Positions 43,956 to 52,962 of a DNA stretch of 64,000 nt are shown here, in pieces (the stretch's first letter is position 1; every line of letters starts with the position of its first letter). Origin of the DNA: Solirubrobacterales bacterium (lineage in GTDB: Bacteria > Actinomycetota > Thermoleophilia > Solirubrobacterales > JBBDJG01); contig DASRIA010000045.1 in NCBI GenBank assembly GCA_035650255.1, forward strand, positions 42,461 through 106,460, read 5' to 3'. A program made the translations under genes and the position numbers. The notes under the pieces were generated by a model. It worked only from the letters and a program-made list of their open reading frames with translations. It searched no databases and had not been told where the DNA came from.

Positions 43956-44833
43956 GATCGGGTGATCGGGTCATCGTTCGGGTCCGCTGGCACGGCACGG
44001 GGCAGGGGCCTCGGCCACTGCGATGTTCTCATCGATCATTGGTTGTCCCTGTTGGGTGTTTGAGTCATGCGCCCGCCGTCTGCTGGTCAGCGGTAGCTGC
44101 GAGTGATCGGCCGACCATCCGACCCTCCTGCACTTCTTCTTGGAGGTTCGTTCTGCGCCATGGCCGTGGCGGACTACACTCGTACAGCACAGGGTTGCTT
44201 CCCTTCCTTGCTGGTAGGTCCCATACGGCACCGAGAGCGGCAGTCTGGACCTACAACGGGAAGGCGGCCGCAATGGCCCATGAACCTCCTCCCTCGCACC
44301 GCGAGGGCGCGAACGGAAGCGTGCTGCAGGACGTTCCAACGCAATGTTCGTGTTTGAGCCACGGCCCGAAGCCCTCGAAGCCGTGAGGCTGTCCGAGCAA
44401 GATGCCGAGGCCGACTCTTGAGAACGGTCTCGATTCGCGTAACCCTGTTTCGTTTCTACCTTGTCTGCCTCGGCGCGTACGTCGCGCTCGTCGTACCGCT
44501 GCAGCAAGTGATCGGTCTCTCCGACAAGGCATGGTTCCTGGCAGGCATCGCAGCGGGGACGGCGGGAGTGGTCTTGTTTAGAAGGTGGATCGGAGTACCG
44601 CTGTTTGCGACTGACGAGCTTTCCGAGCAAGACGCTCGCGCCGGCCCCTAATACCTAGCCGTGTGGCACGGAAAGACGGGAAGGTGAGGAAAGCCCTGCA
44701 CGACCGTTCACCGGCCTACACCCCTATGCACCAGACGCCGGCAGGGGATCAACAGGGAGGAAACTGCACAGTCACCCCTCTGCACCCCTACCGGCGCCAG
44801 TCCGTGCGTCGCTATGCGGCCTCCGTCCGGTAG

Positions 44834-44907
44834 TCGGGGCGACTGGATTTGAACCAGCGACCGCTCGGCCCCCAGCCGAGTGCGCTACCAGACTGCGCTA
44901 CGCCCCG
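44834..44907 (-). tRNA. tRNA-Pro (anticodon GGG)
   Basis: The reverse complement is CGGGGCGTAGCGCAGTCTGGTAGCGCACTCGGCTGGGGGCCGAGCGGTCGCTGGTTCAAATCCAGTCGCCCCGA. Anticodon stem CTCGG/CCGAG, loop CTGGGGG. Confidence 0.9.
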
Positions 44908-44957
44908 TGTGCTTCGGAGGATAGCCGCTCGGACACACCGGTCCGGCTCGCCGGCGC

Positions 44958-46418
44958 CTACAGCTCGGCAGCGCGCTGGACGAACTCGCGCCACTGCTTT
45001 CCGGCCGCCTCGCGCCACGCGGCGCCGGTCTCCGGCTCGACGCGTTTCGCGATCGGCACCAGCCGCGCGGCGTCCGCGATCGACGCGAACACGCCCGCCC
45101 CCACCCCGGCCAGCAGCGCGGCGCCGAGGCTCGTGGCATCCGCCGTCACCTGCTCGACCGGGATGCCGATGGCGTCTGCCTGGAGCGACACGAGCAGCGC
45201 GTCGTTCGTGAGGCCGCCGTCCACCCGCAGCACCTGCACGTCGACCCGCTCCCTGACCGCCTCGAACACGTCGGCCACACGCCAGGCGATTCCCTCGAGC
45301 GCCGCGCGCGCCACCTCGGGCCGCCCGCTGGCGGCGGTCAGGCCGGCGATCACGCCGCGCGCTTCGGGCTTCCACCAGGGAGCGCCGATGCCGGCGATGG
45401 CCGGCAGCACGCGCACGCCGCCCGAGTCCTCCACGTCGCGCGCGAGCGCCGCCAGCGCCCGCGGGTCGTCGGCGAATCCGAGCTTGTGCGACATCCATTC
45501 GAGCAATGCCCCGGCCGCGAACACCCCTCCGTCGAGCGCATACTCCGTCACGCCCTCGATTCGCCACGCCACCGTCGGCAGCAGCTCGCCGGCGTCGGGG
45601 ACCGTCGTCCCAGCGTGTGCGAACACGAACACGCCGGTGCCGTACGTCGCCTTCACCATGCCCTGCGTGACACACCCCGTCCCCGCGAGCGCGGCCTGCT
45701 GGTCGACGAGCCTCGCGCACAACGGCAGCTCGCGGTCCCAGCTCGGATGGCGCAGCGTGCCGAGCTTGCCGACCGTGTCCTCGATCGCGGGCAACGCGTC
45801 CGCAGGCACGCGGAACGTCTCGCACAGCCACGGGTCCCAGTTCGTCGCGCCGAATGAGAAGAGCTGCATGCGCGACGCCGTGGAGGGGTCCGTCGCAAAG
45901 TCCGCGCCGAGCAGGTCGCACAAGAACGCGTCCAGCGTCCCCAGCCGCAGCGTCCCGCGCTCGCGGGCCGACCGCACCTCGGGGAGGTTGTCGAGCATCC
46001 ATGTGAGCTTCCCGGCCGAGAAGTAGGGGTCGAGCGGCAGCCCGCTGCGCGACTTGATCTCCTCCTCGAGGCCCGCGGCGCGCAATTGATCGAGCAGCTC
46101 GAGCGGCCGCTTGTCCTGCCACACCACGTTGGGCGAGAGGGGCTTGCGCGTCTCCGCGTCCCACGCGATCACCGACTCGCCCTGATGGTCGAGGCCACAG
46201 GCCACCACTTCGCCCGGCGCCTCCGACAGGACCTCCGCGACCGATTCGACCGCGGCGCTCAGCACGTCGTCTCCGTCCTGCTCCACCCATCCGGGTTGCG
46301 GGTGCCGCGTCGGGATGCGGCGAGTCGCGGACGCCAGCGGCTCGAGCTGCGCATCGACGAGCACAGCCTTCACGCCGGTGGTGCCCACGTCGAGCCCGAG
46401 CAGCAGCGGCCTGCTCAC
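44958..46418 (-). CDS. glpK: Glycerol kinase-like FGGY carbohydrate kinase
   Basis: LLLGLDVGTTGVKAVL, QPGWVEQDGDDV, GLDHQGESVIAWDAETRKPLSPNVVWQDKR, DPYFSAGKLTWMLDN. Start set at GTG 46418 (GTGA overlap with the upstream stop). Confidence 0.8.
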   Translation of the reverse strand: MSRPLLLGLDVGTTGVKAVLVDAQLEPLASATRRIPTRHPQPGWVEQDGDDVLSAAVESVAEVLSEAPGEVVACGLDHQGESVIAWDAETRKPLSPNVVWQDKRPLELLDQLRAAGLEEEIKSRSGLPLDPYFSAGKLTWMLDNLPEVRSARERGTLRLGTLDAFLCDLLGADFATDPSTASRMQLFSFGATNWDPWLCETFRVPADALPAIEDTVGKLGTLRHPSWDRELPLCARLVDQQAALAGTGCVTQGMVKATYGTGVFVFAHAGTTVPDAGELLPTVAWRIEGVTEYALDGGVFAAGALLEWMSHKLGFADDPRALAALARDVEDSGGVRVLPAIAGIGAPWWKPEARGVIAGLTAASGRPEVARAALEGIAWRVADVFEAVRERVDVQVLRVDGGLTNDALLVSLQADAIGIPVEQVTADATSLGAALLAGVGAGVFASIADAARLVPIAKRVEPETGAAWREAAGKQWREFVQRAAEL

Positions 46419-47548
46419 GCCCGCCCTTCCCGGTACGCGGCGGAACGCCGCCACCAGGGCATGGACGGCGGCGGCGCCGGCCCAGCGGCCAACGGTTGCT
46501 CCTCGCCCAGCCGCACGCCCGCCGCTGCGACGAGCTCCAGCACGCGCTCCGCGATGCCGAGGGCCGCGGACAGGCCAGTCGAGCGGATCGCGGCCGCATG
46601 GACCATGCGCGGCTGCACGCGCGAGCGCTGTATCACGTAGTTCACTCCCCGGCCCGCCGGGCGCAGGCCCGCGTACGACGCAATCGGCCGCGCACCCTCC
46701 AGCGCGGGGACGAGACCCTTGGCCTTGGCGAGCACCTCGTCACGCGCCGCGCTTCGCACGGACCAGTCCTGCTTGTCCTCCTGGTCGACCGCCGTCGGCC
46801 CCGCGACGAGCTTTCCGTCCACGGTGGGGAACACAAGCACACCCTTCGTGCCGGCGCTCGGAACAGGCAGGTGGATCACGTCGAGCAACCCCCGGTCCGG
46901 CGGCTCGAACACGAAGAACTCGCCCTTGCGCGGATAGATCGCAAAGCTCGAGTCCCCCGCGGCACGCGCGACGTCGTCCGCGTAGAGCCCCGCGCAATTG
47001 ACCACGACCGCGGCCCGCAGATGGTCCTCGCCGTGGCGCAGGACGAGCGCGTCGCGATCGTCGCGCACCTCCGTCACCCGGGCCCCTGAGACGACGCGTG
47101 CGCCTGCGCGCCCTGCGGCGGCGGCGAGCGCGGACGTGAAGGCGACCGGGTCCGTGACGGACTCGCCCGGCACGAACAGCGAGCCGTCCGGCCGGGAGCA
47201 GGCCTCGACCCCATTTGCGCGCGCATTGGCGGCCAGGTCCTCGACTGCGCGGCGCTCGCGGTCGTCGCGGGGACCGAGCTGCGCACCCGTGCGCAGCACC
47301 GGGACGCCGAGCGCCTCCAGGACCGGATCGCGCAGCTGCGCGGAACGCAGGATCATGCGAGTCTCGAGCGCTCCGGGCGGCGAGTCGAACCCGGTGTGCA
47401 GGACGCCTGAGTTGGTGCCGCTCGCCGCGAGGCCGAGCTCGCGCTCGGCTTCGAGGAGGACCACCTCGGCGCCCCGGCGCGCGGCGGCGAGCGCGACGCT
47501 CGTCCCCACGATTCCCCCGCCGATCACGCCCACGGCCGCGGTCTGCAA
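46415..47548 (-). CDS. FAD-dependent oxidoreductase (glycerol-3-phosphate oxidase / L-2-hydroxyglutarate oxidase-like)
   Basis: VGVIGGGIVGTSVALAAARRGAEVVLLEAE...ASGTNSGVLHTGF. The start is either TTG 47548, two nt from the tRNA-Gly 3' end, or GTG 47533. Confidence 0.75.
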   Translation of the reverse strand: MQTAAVGVIGGGIVGTSVALAAARRGAEVVLLEAERELGLAASGTNSGVLHTGFDSPPGALETRMILRSAQLRDPVLEALGVPVLRTGAQLGPRDDRERRAVEDLAANARANGVEACSRPDGSLFVPGESVTDPVAFTSALAAAAGRAGARVVSGARVTEVRDDRDALVLRHGEDHLRAAVVVNCAGLYADDVARAAGDSSFAIYPRKGEFFVFEPPDRGLLDVIHLPVPSAGTKGVLVFPTVDGKLVAGPTAVDQEDKQDWSVRSAARDEVLAKAKGLVPALEGARPIASYAGLRPAGRGVNYVIQRSRVQPRMVHAAAIRSTGLSAALGIAERVLELVAAAGVRLGEEQPLAAGPAPPPSMPWWRRSAAYREGRA

Positions 47549-47549
47549 G

Positions 47550-47620
47550 AGCGGGCGACGGGAATCGAACCCGCCCTAAGAGCTTGGAAGGCTCCTGTGC
47601 CACCACAACACTTCGCCCGC
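47550..47620 (-). tRNA. tRNA-Gly (anticodon UCC)
   Basis: The reverse complement is GCGGGCGAAGTGTTGTGGTGGCACAGGAGCCTTCCAAGCTCTTAGGGCGGGTTCGATTCCCGTCGCCCGCT. Anticodon stem GGAGC/GCTCT, loop CTTCCAA. Confidence 0.9.
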
Positions 47621-47633
47621 CGGAAGCGCTCCG

Positions 47634-47639
47634 ATTATA
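47634..47639 (-). promoter_or_regulatory. Candidate -10 box (TATAAT) for tRNA-Gly
   Basis: Perfect TATAAT on the minus strand, 13 nt upstream of the mature tRNA 5' end, embedded in CCTATAATCG. Confidence 0.35.
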
Positions 47640-47657
47640 GGCTCGCCAAATGCGGCT

Positions 47658-48275
47658 CTAGCGGCGCGCGAGCGCCAGGCGGAAGCCGACCGCCACCAGC
47701 ACCGTGCCCGTGACGCGCTCGACCAGCCGCGTGACGCGCTCGGAGCGCATCGCCTCCCGCACTCGCGACATCGCCATCGTGAAGCCGAACAGCCACACCG
47801 CGCACATCGCCGCGTAGATGCCCGCCAGCAGCAGCGAGCGGGGCGCGGCGGCTGAGCCCGGGTCGATGAACTGCGGGAGCACGGTGAGGAAGAACACGGC
47901 CAGCTTGGGGTTGAGGACGTTGCTGAGCAATCCCTGGCGAAACGGTGAGCCACCGGCCCTGCTCGTGGCCGGGGGCCCGTCCGCGGCCCCGCCCTGCCAG
48001 GACCGCCAGAGCGCCTGCGCGCCCAGGTAGATCAGATACGCCGCGCCGGCGAGCTTCAGCGCGGAGAACGCGGTTGACGACGCGCGCACGATCGCCGACA
48101 ACCCGAGTGCGGCCGCGCATCCGTGCACGAGGATCCCGGTGCAGACGCCGGCGCTGGTGGCGAAGCCCGCGCGCCGGCCCGCGCTCACGGTGTTGCGCGT
48201 CACGAGGGCCATGTCGGGCCCGGGAACGAGGATCACAACCACCGCAACGGCCGCGAACGTGAGCAGCTCCGCCAT
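47658..48275 (-). CDS. LysE/RhtB-family amino-acid exporter
   Basis: 205 aa. N-terminal PGPDMALV motif, 5-6 TM, LSNVLNPK motif. Confidence 0.85.
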   Translation of the reverse strand: MAELLTFAAVAVVVILVPGPDMALVTRNTVSAGRRAGFATSAGVCTGILVHGCAAALGLSAIVRASSTAFSALKLAGAAYLIYLGAQALWRSWQGGAADGPPATSRAGGSPFRQGLLSNVLNPKLAVFFLTVLPQFIDPGSAAAPRSLLLAGIYAAMCAVWLFGFTMAMSRVREAMRSERVTRLVERVTGTVLVAVGFRLALARR

Positions 48276-48298
48276 CCGGCGATTGTCCCTGAACGACG

Positions 48299-48350
48299 AA
48301 GGCCACCCTGATGTGAGTGGCCTTTGCGCGGCGCGAATTGAGTCGCGCCG
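48299..48350 (-). terminator. Two tandem GC-rich hairpins downstream of the sigma/anti-sigma operon
   Basis: AAGGCCAC(N10)GTGGCCTT at 48299-48324 and CGGCGCGA(N6)TCGCGCCG at 48329-48350. No clear U-tract on the minus strand. Confidence 0.3.
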
Positions 48351-48435
48351 GATCCCCCTGCCGTAACCGAGACATCATGGTGCCAGAAAAATCCGAGGCG
48401 CGCTCACCGCCGGTAAGCCGGATGACGGACGCGGC

Positions 48436-49647
48436 TCACTTGGGGCGCCCAACAGGCGCGCAGCACCATCCCGCGAGGCCCGGGAACGGCGACCGGCCAG
48501 TACGCGCGCCCGGGTCGAACTGGTTCGCGATGTTCCCCACGGCGCGCAGGCGCTCGATTGCAGGCCGGGCTCTGCGGCCGGTCCGGATGAACACCCACTG
48601 GTCGGCATCCGGCCAGGCGGCCAGGAGCCACTCGCCGGTGGGCGCCCACGCGACGTCGCCGAACCGGCCGGCGCCCGCCAGCAGCTGCCGGCGCTGCGCT
48701 CCGCCCGCGCCGATCCGCACGACCTCCAGGCGGCTGCGGTTGGAGCCCGCCGCGTGCGTCACCAGGGCGACCTCGACGGAGGCCGGCCTGAAGGCGGCGG
48801 TCTGCGCGCGCGTGCCCGGAGCCATCTCCAGCACCCCGCGCGCACGGCCGCCCGCATCGAACTGACGCAGCGCCCGCGGCCCGACTGCGATGAGGCGGCT
48901 TCCGTCGGATGACCAGGCGAGCCCGGTCACAGCATCCGCGGGTGCCGAGCGCCACAGTGTCCTGCCGGAGTCCGTCTCGACCACGGAGACGCGCCCACGA
49001 GCATCCGCGAAGGCCAGCCTGTGCGCCGGGCCCGGCCACCAGGCTGAAGGGGCGGCGGCAACACCGCGCACGAGGAGCCGGTCACCCGTGCCGTCGCCCG
49101 CCACGACCCGCAGCGCGCTGTCGGCGTGGTAGGCGATGCGGAAGCCGTCCGGCGACCAGCGCGCGGCGCGCACGCGGCCGGATCGCGCGATCGACCAGCG
49201 CGGGCGGCCGCCCGGCTCGAGCGCGATCACCTCGTGGCCGCGCGTCACCACGACGAACAGGCCCTGCGGAGACCACGAGGCATCCTCGTAGGCGCCCAGG
49301 AGCCGCTTCGACCCGTCGTGTTCGACGACCCACGGGCCGCGCTCGGAGGTCACGAGCAGGCGCCCGCGCGCAGGCAGCGACACGAGCGCCTCACGCGCAT
49401 CGTCCCGCCCCGGCCGCACGACGTCCCGCAGCCAGTCGGCGACCGCCTGCCCCGGAGGAGTGAGACCGGCGACGAGGAGGGCGAGTACCGCCAGCGCCGC
49501 CGCGAGCCGTCCGGGATGCCGGGCGCGCCGCGCCGGCCCGCGGCCGGCGAAGCCGGCCGAGATCACTCGCCACGCGCGCTCCTCCGCCGCCTGCTCGCCA
49601 GGGGCGTGGCGGTGCTGCAGGAGCTCGCGCACACGCACCTCGTTCAC
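48436..49647 (-). CDS. Probable anti-sigma factor: cytoplasmic N-terminus, one TM, extracytoplasmic PD40/WD40-like beta-propeller
   Basis: GTGA overlap with the sigma factor stop. TM LAAALAVLALLVAGL. Repeats such as ASWSPQGLFVVV, ARWSPDGFRIAYH, LAWSSDGSRLIAV. Confidence 0.6.
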   Translation of the reverse strand: MNEVRVRELLQHRHAPGEQAAEERAWRVISAGFAGRGPARRARHPGRLAAALAVLALLVAGLTPPGQAVADWLRDVVRPGRDDAREALVSLPARGRLLVTSERGPWVVEHDGSKRLLGAYEDASWSPQGLFVVVTRGHEVIALEPGGRPRWSIARSGRVRAARWSPDGFRIAYHADSALRVVAGDGTGDRLLVRGVAAAPSAWWPGPAHRLAFADARGRVSVVETDSGRTLWRSAPADAVTGLAWSSDGSRLIAVGPRALRQFDAGGRARGVLEMAPGTRAQTAAFRPASVEVALVTHAAGSNRSRLEVVRIGAGGAQRRQLLAGAGRFGDVAWAPTGEWLLAAWPDADQWVFIRTGRRARPAIERLRAVGNIANQFDPGARTGRSPFPGLAGWCCAPVGRPK

Positions 49648-50255
49648 GGCGGCCCCTCCTCCTCCAACTCGCTCGCGAGCCGGTCGAGGCCGCGCCGGAG
49701 GCGCGAGTTGACGGTTCCGCGTGGGAAGCCCAGGATCCGCGCGATCTCGCCCGGGGTGTAGCCGAGGACGTAGCGCATCACGACCACCGCGCGCTGCTCG
49801 GGCGGCAGCACCGCCAGCGCGGCGGCGACGTCGTCCGAGTACCGCTCGCCGGCCGCGCCTGCGGAGTCCGGTTCGGACGACTCCCCCACCTCACGCCGCA
49901 GCGCTCGTGCGCGCGACCAGTCGATCGCCCGGTTGACGACGATCCGATGCAGCCAGGGGCCGAACGGCCTGCGCCGGTCGAACCGGTCGAGCGCGCGCAA
50001 CGCGGAGAGGAACGCCTCCTGCACGATGTCCTCCGCCGCGTGCGCGTCCCGCACAACCAGATATGCCGCCCGGTAGGCCGGCCGCCAGTGGCGACGGAAC
50101 AGCGCCTCGGCAGCCTCGCTCGAGCCCGACTGGGCGGCCCGGATCCACTCGCGCTCGCTCCGCTCGTCACGTCTCCTTGCACGCCGGTCGTCGATAGGGG
50201 CGATCTTCTCCGAGCCGGACCGCGCGGACATGGAAATCGCAAGCGCCGCCGTCAT
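49644..50255 (-). CDS. ECF-type RNA polymerase sigma-70 factor
   Basis: Region 2 (AEDIVQEAFLSALRALDRFDRRRPFGPWLHRIVVNRAIDW) and region 4 (LPPEQRAVVVMRYVLGYTPGEIARILGFPRGTVNSRLRRG). Start at ATG 50255 or 50231. Confidence 0.85.
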   Translation of the reverse strand: MTAALAISMSARSGSEKIAPIDDRRARRRDERSEREWIRAAQSGSSEAAEALFRRHWRPAYRAAYLVVRDAHAAEDIVQEAFLSALRALDRFDRRRPFGPWLHRIVVNRAIDWSRARALRREVGESSEPDSAGAAGERYSDDVAAALAVLPPEQRAVVVMRYVLGYTPGEIARILGFPRGTVNSRLRRGLDRLASELEEEGPP

Positions 50256-50310
50256 CGTTGCGCGCGGATCGCCACGTACCTCATACGTGCGGGAACCCGC
50301 GTGAGGTCCC

Positions 50311-51339
50311 GTGGACCTCTCGAGCACTCGCGTCCGTATCAGGAATGGCAAGGCAAACCAGAGAGGTGAGGACGTGAGCAGGCTTTTGAGGGTGGGTCTT
50401 TCGATGCTGGCGATGGCGGCTGTCTGCGCCCCGGCGAGCGCGGCAGCCGACGGCCTTCCGGTCGGCAACGTCGATGCCGGGCCCGGAGGGGTGGCCAGCC
50501 GGACGGGGGAATTGCGATACCTCGCGCTGCCCGCCGGCCCGGACACCCTTGCGCTTGCGATTCGCCGCGATGGCGGGCAGGTGCAGCGCTCCAGGCACCT
50601 GCGAGGGCGCTACGCCGTGCCCGTCGTGGCGCTCGACGGAACGGTCGACGGCCTGTCTGCAGACGGGCGCACGCTCGTCCTGATCCGTCCGCGCACCGGC
50701 TTCCCCCGCTCGACGACGACGTTCGCGGTTCTCGACGCGCGGGAGATGCGCGTTCGCGAGGTGGTCCGGCTCCGCGGCGACTTCAGCTACGACGCGATGT
50801 CTCCGGACGGCGGGCTCGTGTACCTCATCCAGTACACGTCGCGCCGCGACCCGACGCGCTACGCCGTGCGCGCCTACGACACGCGCGCAAGCCGCCTGCT
50901 CCCCGATCCGATCATCGATCCACGCGCGTTCGGCGAAGGGATGCGTGGCTATCCGATCACCCGCGCGACGAGTGGGCGGTGGGCCTACACGCTCTACGAC
51001 GGCGCCGGCAAGCACCCGTTCGTGCACGCGCTCGACACGCGCGACCTGACGGCCGCGTGCATCGACCTCCACGCCCTGGAAGGCCGCACGGACCTCACGG
51101 CTCTGGGCCTGGACGTGGCACCGGGCGGCGGCGAGCTCAGCGTCGTGGACAGGCGGGACCGCGCCCTGGCCGTGATCGACGCCAAGACCTTCGAGGTCAG
51201 CGCCCCGGTTGCGGAGGACACCGGCGCGGACGGCAGCGTGCCGCCCGCGATCTGGCTCGGGGGCGCAGGCGTGGTGGCGCTGTCGCTCTGTGCCGTCGTG
51301 CTGCTCACCCGCCGCCGCCGGGCGGTAGCGGCAGCCTGA
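50311..51339 (+). CDS. Secreted hypothetical protein with a C-terminal TM anchor
   Basis: Signal LRVGLSMLAMAAVCAPASAAA, a globular region, and a C-terminal hydrophobic helix plus RRRR. Divergent from the ECF sigma gene. Confidence 0.5.
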   Translation: MDLSSTRVRIRNGKANQRGEDVSRLLRVGLSMLAMAAVCAPASAAADGLPVGNVDAGPGGVASRTGELRYLALPAGPDTLALAIRRDGGQVQRSRHLRGRYAVPVVALDGTVDGLSADGRTLVLIRPRTGFPRSTTTFAVLDAREMRVREVVRLRGDFSYDAMSPDGGLVYLIQYTSRRDPTRYAVRAYDTRASRLLPDPIIDPRAFGEGMRGYPITRATSGRWAYTLYDGAGKHPFVHALDTRDLTAACIDLHALEGRTDLTALGLDVAPGGGELSVVDRRDRALAVIDAKTFEVSAPVAEDTGADGSVPPAIWLGGAGVVALSLCAVVLLTRRRRAVAAA

Positions 51340-51497
51340 GATCCCGGCGGGCGGGCCGGTCCCGTCTTTCTCCGGAAAATGCGCAGCAAAGCGGCTCTTT
51401 TGGGTCCCTCCGGGCCAACCTCTAGTTTGACCCGCTGCCGACTCGGCCATCCTCGGCTAGACGAGGGGCCGGGTCCGGCCAGCCCCCGCAACGCCCC

Positions 51498-52091
51498 ATG
51501 CCTCTCGTGCTTGCTCGAGAACGCTCACGCGTCTTTCTGCGCTGCTTCTTCGTCCCGATGGTGGTGGCGTTCGCGCTGCTCGTGGGCTTTTCGCCCCCGG
51601 CGGAGGCCGACGATGACGCCCGCGCCGCGGGCGGCGGCGGCTGCAGGGCGCACGACGCCCACCTCGGCGTCAGGCGATTCGCGCGGGCGGTCCTGTGCGT
51701 CCAGAACCGGCATCGCCGGGCCCACGGGCTGCGGCGGCTGCGAGCGAGCCGTGGCCTGCGGCGCGCGGCGGCTCGGCACGCGCGGGACATGGTGCGCAGG
51801 AACTACTTCGGCCATGTCTCCTTCGGGGGCCGCACGGTGGTCGACCGCGTCGGCCGAGCCGGCTATGGGCGCCGGTTCGCGGCCGGCGAGAACATCTTCT
51901 ACGCGCTGCCGCCGCGACCCACGCCCGCCAGAGTGGTGGCCGCCTGGATGGCGAGCGCCGGCCACCGGCACCAGATCCTCAACGGCGCCTGGCGTGACGT
52001 CGGCATCGGAACGGTGATGCGGCCTCCGTTCAGAGCCCGCGGCGGTGTCACCGTCGTAGCGGTCTTCGGGAGTCGGCGGGCGGGCCGCTAG
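51498..52091 (+). CDS. CAP/SCP (PR-1-like, YkwD-type) domain protein
   Basis: NRHRRAHGLRRLRASRGLRRAAARHARDMVRRNYFGHVS...GENIFY...AWMASAGHRHQILNGAWRDVGIG. Confidence 0.75.
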   Translation: MPLVLARERSRVFLRCFFVPMVVAFALLVGFSPPAEADDDARAAGGGGCRAHDAHLGVRRFARAVLCVQNRHRRAHGLRRLRASRGLRRAAARHARDMVRRNYFGHVSFGGRTVVDRVGRAGYGRRFAAGENIFYALPPRPTPARVVAAWMASAGHRHQILNGAWRDVGIGTVMRPPFRARGGVTVVAVFGSRRAGR

Positions 52092-52875
52092 CTCCTGCCC
52101 GCAGCGTCGACGACTCGAGCGATGCGGTCACGACAAGTCGCTGCGCGGCGCTGAACAGCGGCGTGCAGGTCGTCAGCACGAGGCGGTCGTGCTTCACCGG
52201 GCGCAACGACCGCGTGTTCTGCGGCGACACGACGATCGAGCCTTCGACCGCATACCGAAAGCGGCCGTAGGGCATCTGGAGCACGATCGAGTCCCCCTTG
52301 CGCAGGGAATCGATGTTGCGGAACGGAGCGAGATAGGTGGTGCGGTGTCCCGCCACGCCGACCGTCCCCCGCTCACCGGGCAGCGCGGTGCCGGCGTAGT
52401 GCCCCGGACCCTTCTCGAGCTGGCCGGGGTTGGCGCCCTCGACGAACACGAACTTCAGCCCGAGACTCGGGATCCGCAGCCGGCCGAGGGGATCTCCGTT
52501 GTCAGTGCGGCGGCGGTGCGCCTCCGCGAACGCTGCGGTGGGCGTCGTCGCCGGGCCGCGCTCCGCCGCAAATGCGGCCGGTGCCGCGAGTGCGGCCGAC
52601 TCGGCCTCCCGCAGCTCCGCGCTGAGCTGGTCCTGCTGCCGTGCCGCCGACCATGCGCTGAACGGCTCCTGCCACGCGAGCGTCACGACTGCCTCTGCCA
52701 GCAAGAGCACCCCGGTCACGAGGAGCATCACCGCAACCGATGCGCGCGCGCCCTCGAGCAGCGCACCTCGCCCCGACGCGCCGGACCGCTGCGCCGGGAT
52801 TGCGTCTGACGTCAGGAAACCCCGCGCGAACGGTGCCTCCGTCGAAAGCAACGTTGCTTTGGTCAGCGCATCCAC
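52048..52875 (-). CDS. Sortase (class E-like)
   Basis: N-terminal TM. LRIPSLGLKFVFVEG, GPGHYAGTALPGERGTVGVAGHRTTY, catalytic LVLTTCTP, and a downstream Arg. Adjacent to an LAxTG substrate. Confidence 0.8.
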   Translation of the reverse strand: MDALTKATLLSTEAPFARGFLTSDAIPAQRSGASGRGALLEGARASVAVMLLVTGVLLLAEAVVTLAWQEPFSAWSAARQQDQLSAELREAESAALAAPAAFAAERGPATTPTAAFAEAHRRRTDNGDPLGRLRIPSLGLKFVFVEGANPGQLEKGPGHYAGTALPGERGTVGVAGHRTTYLAPFRNIDSLRKGDSIVLQMPYGRFRYAVEGSIVVSPQNTRSLRPVKHDRLVLTTCTPLFSAAQRLVVTASLESSTLRAGASGPPADSRRPLRR

Positions 52876-52962
52876 GGCCTGCTTCTCCCTTCGCCGCTAC
52901 CTACCCGGCGGCGGGACGCGGGGGGCGGCGATCCCCCGCGTCCCGATCCGCCCACGTGCTTG

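Noticed and set aside
44418-44651. 77-aa ORF with two hydrophobic segments in the island remnant
   Set aside because: It could be a small membrane protein. However, it sits in degraded low-GC DNA with no SD or homolog I can recognise, so the support is too weak to call.
44812-46599. 595-aa ORF on the minus strand
   Set aside because: It reads straight through tRNA-Pro (translated as ...GVAQSGSALGWGPSGRWFKSS...) and an alternate frame of the glycerol-kinase-like gene.
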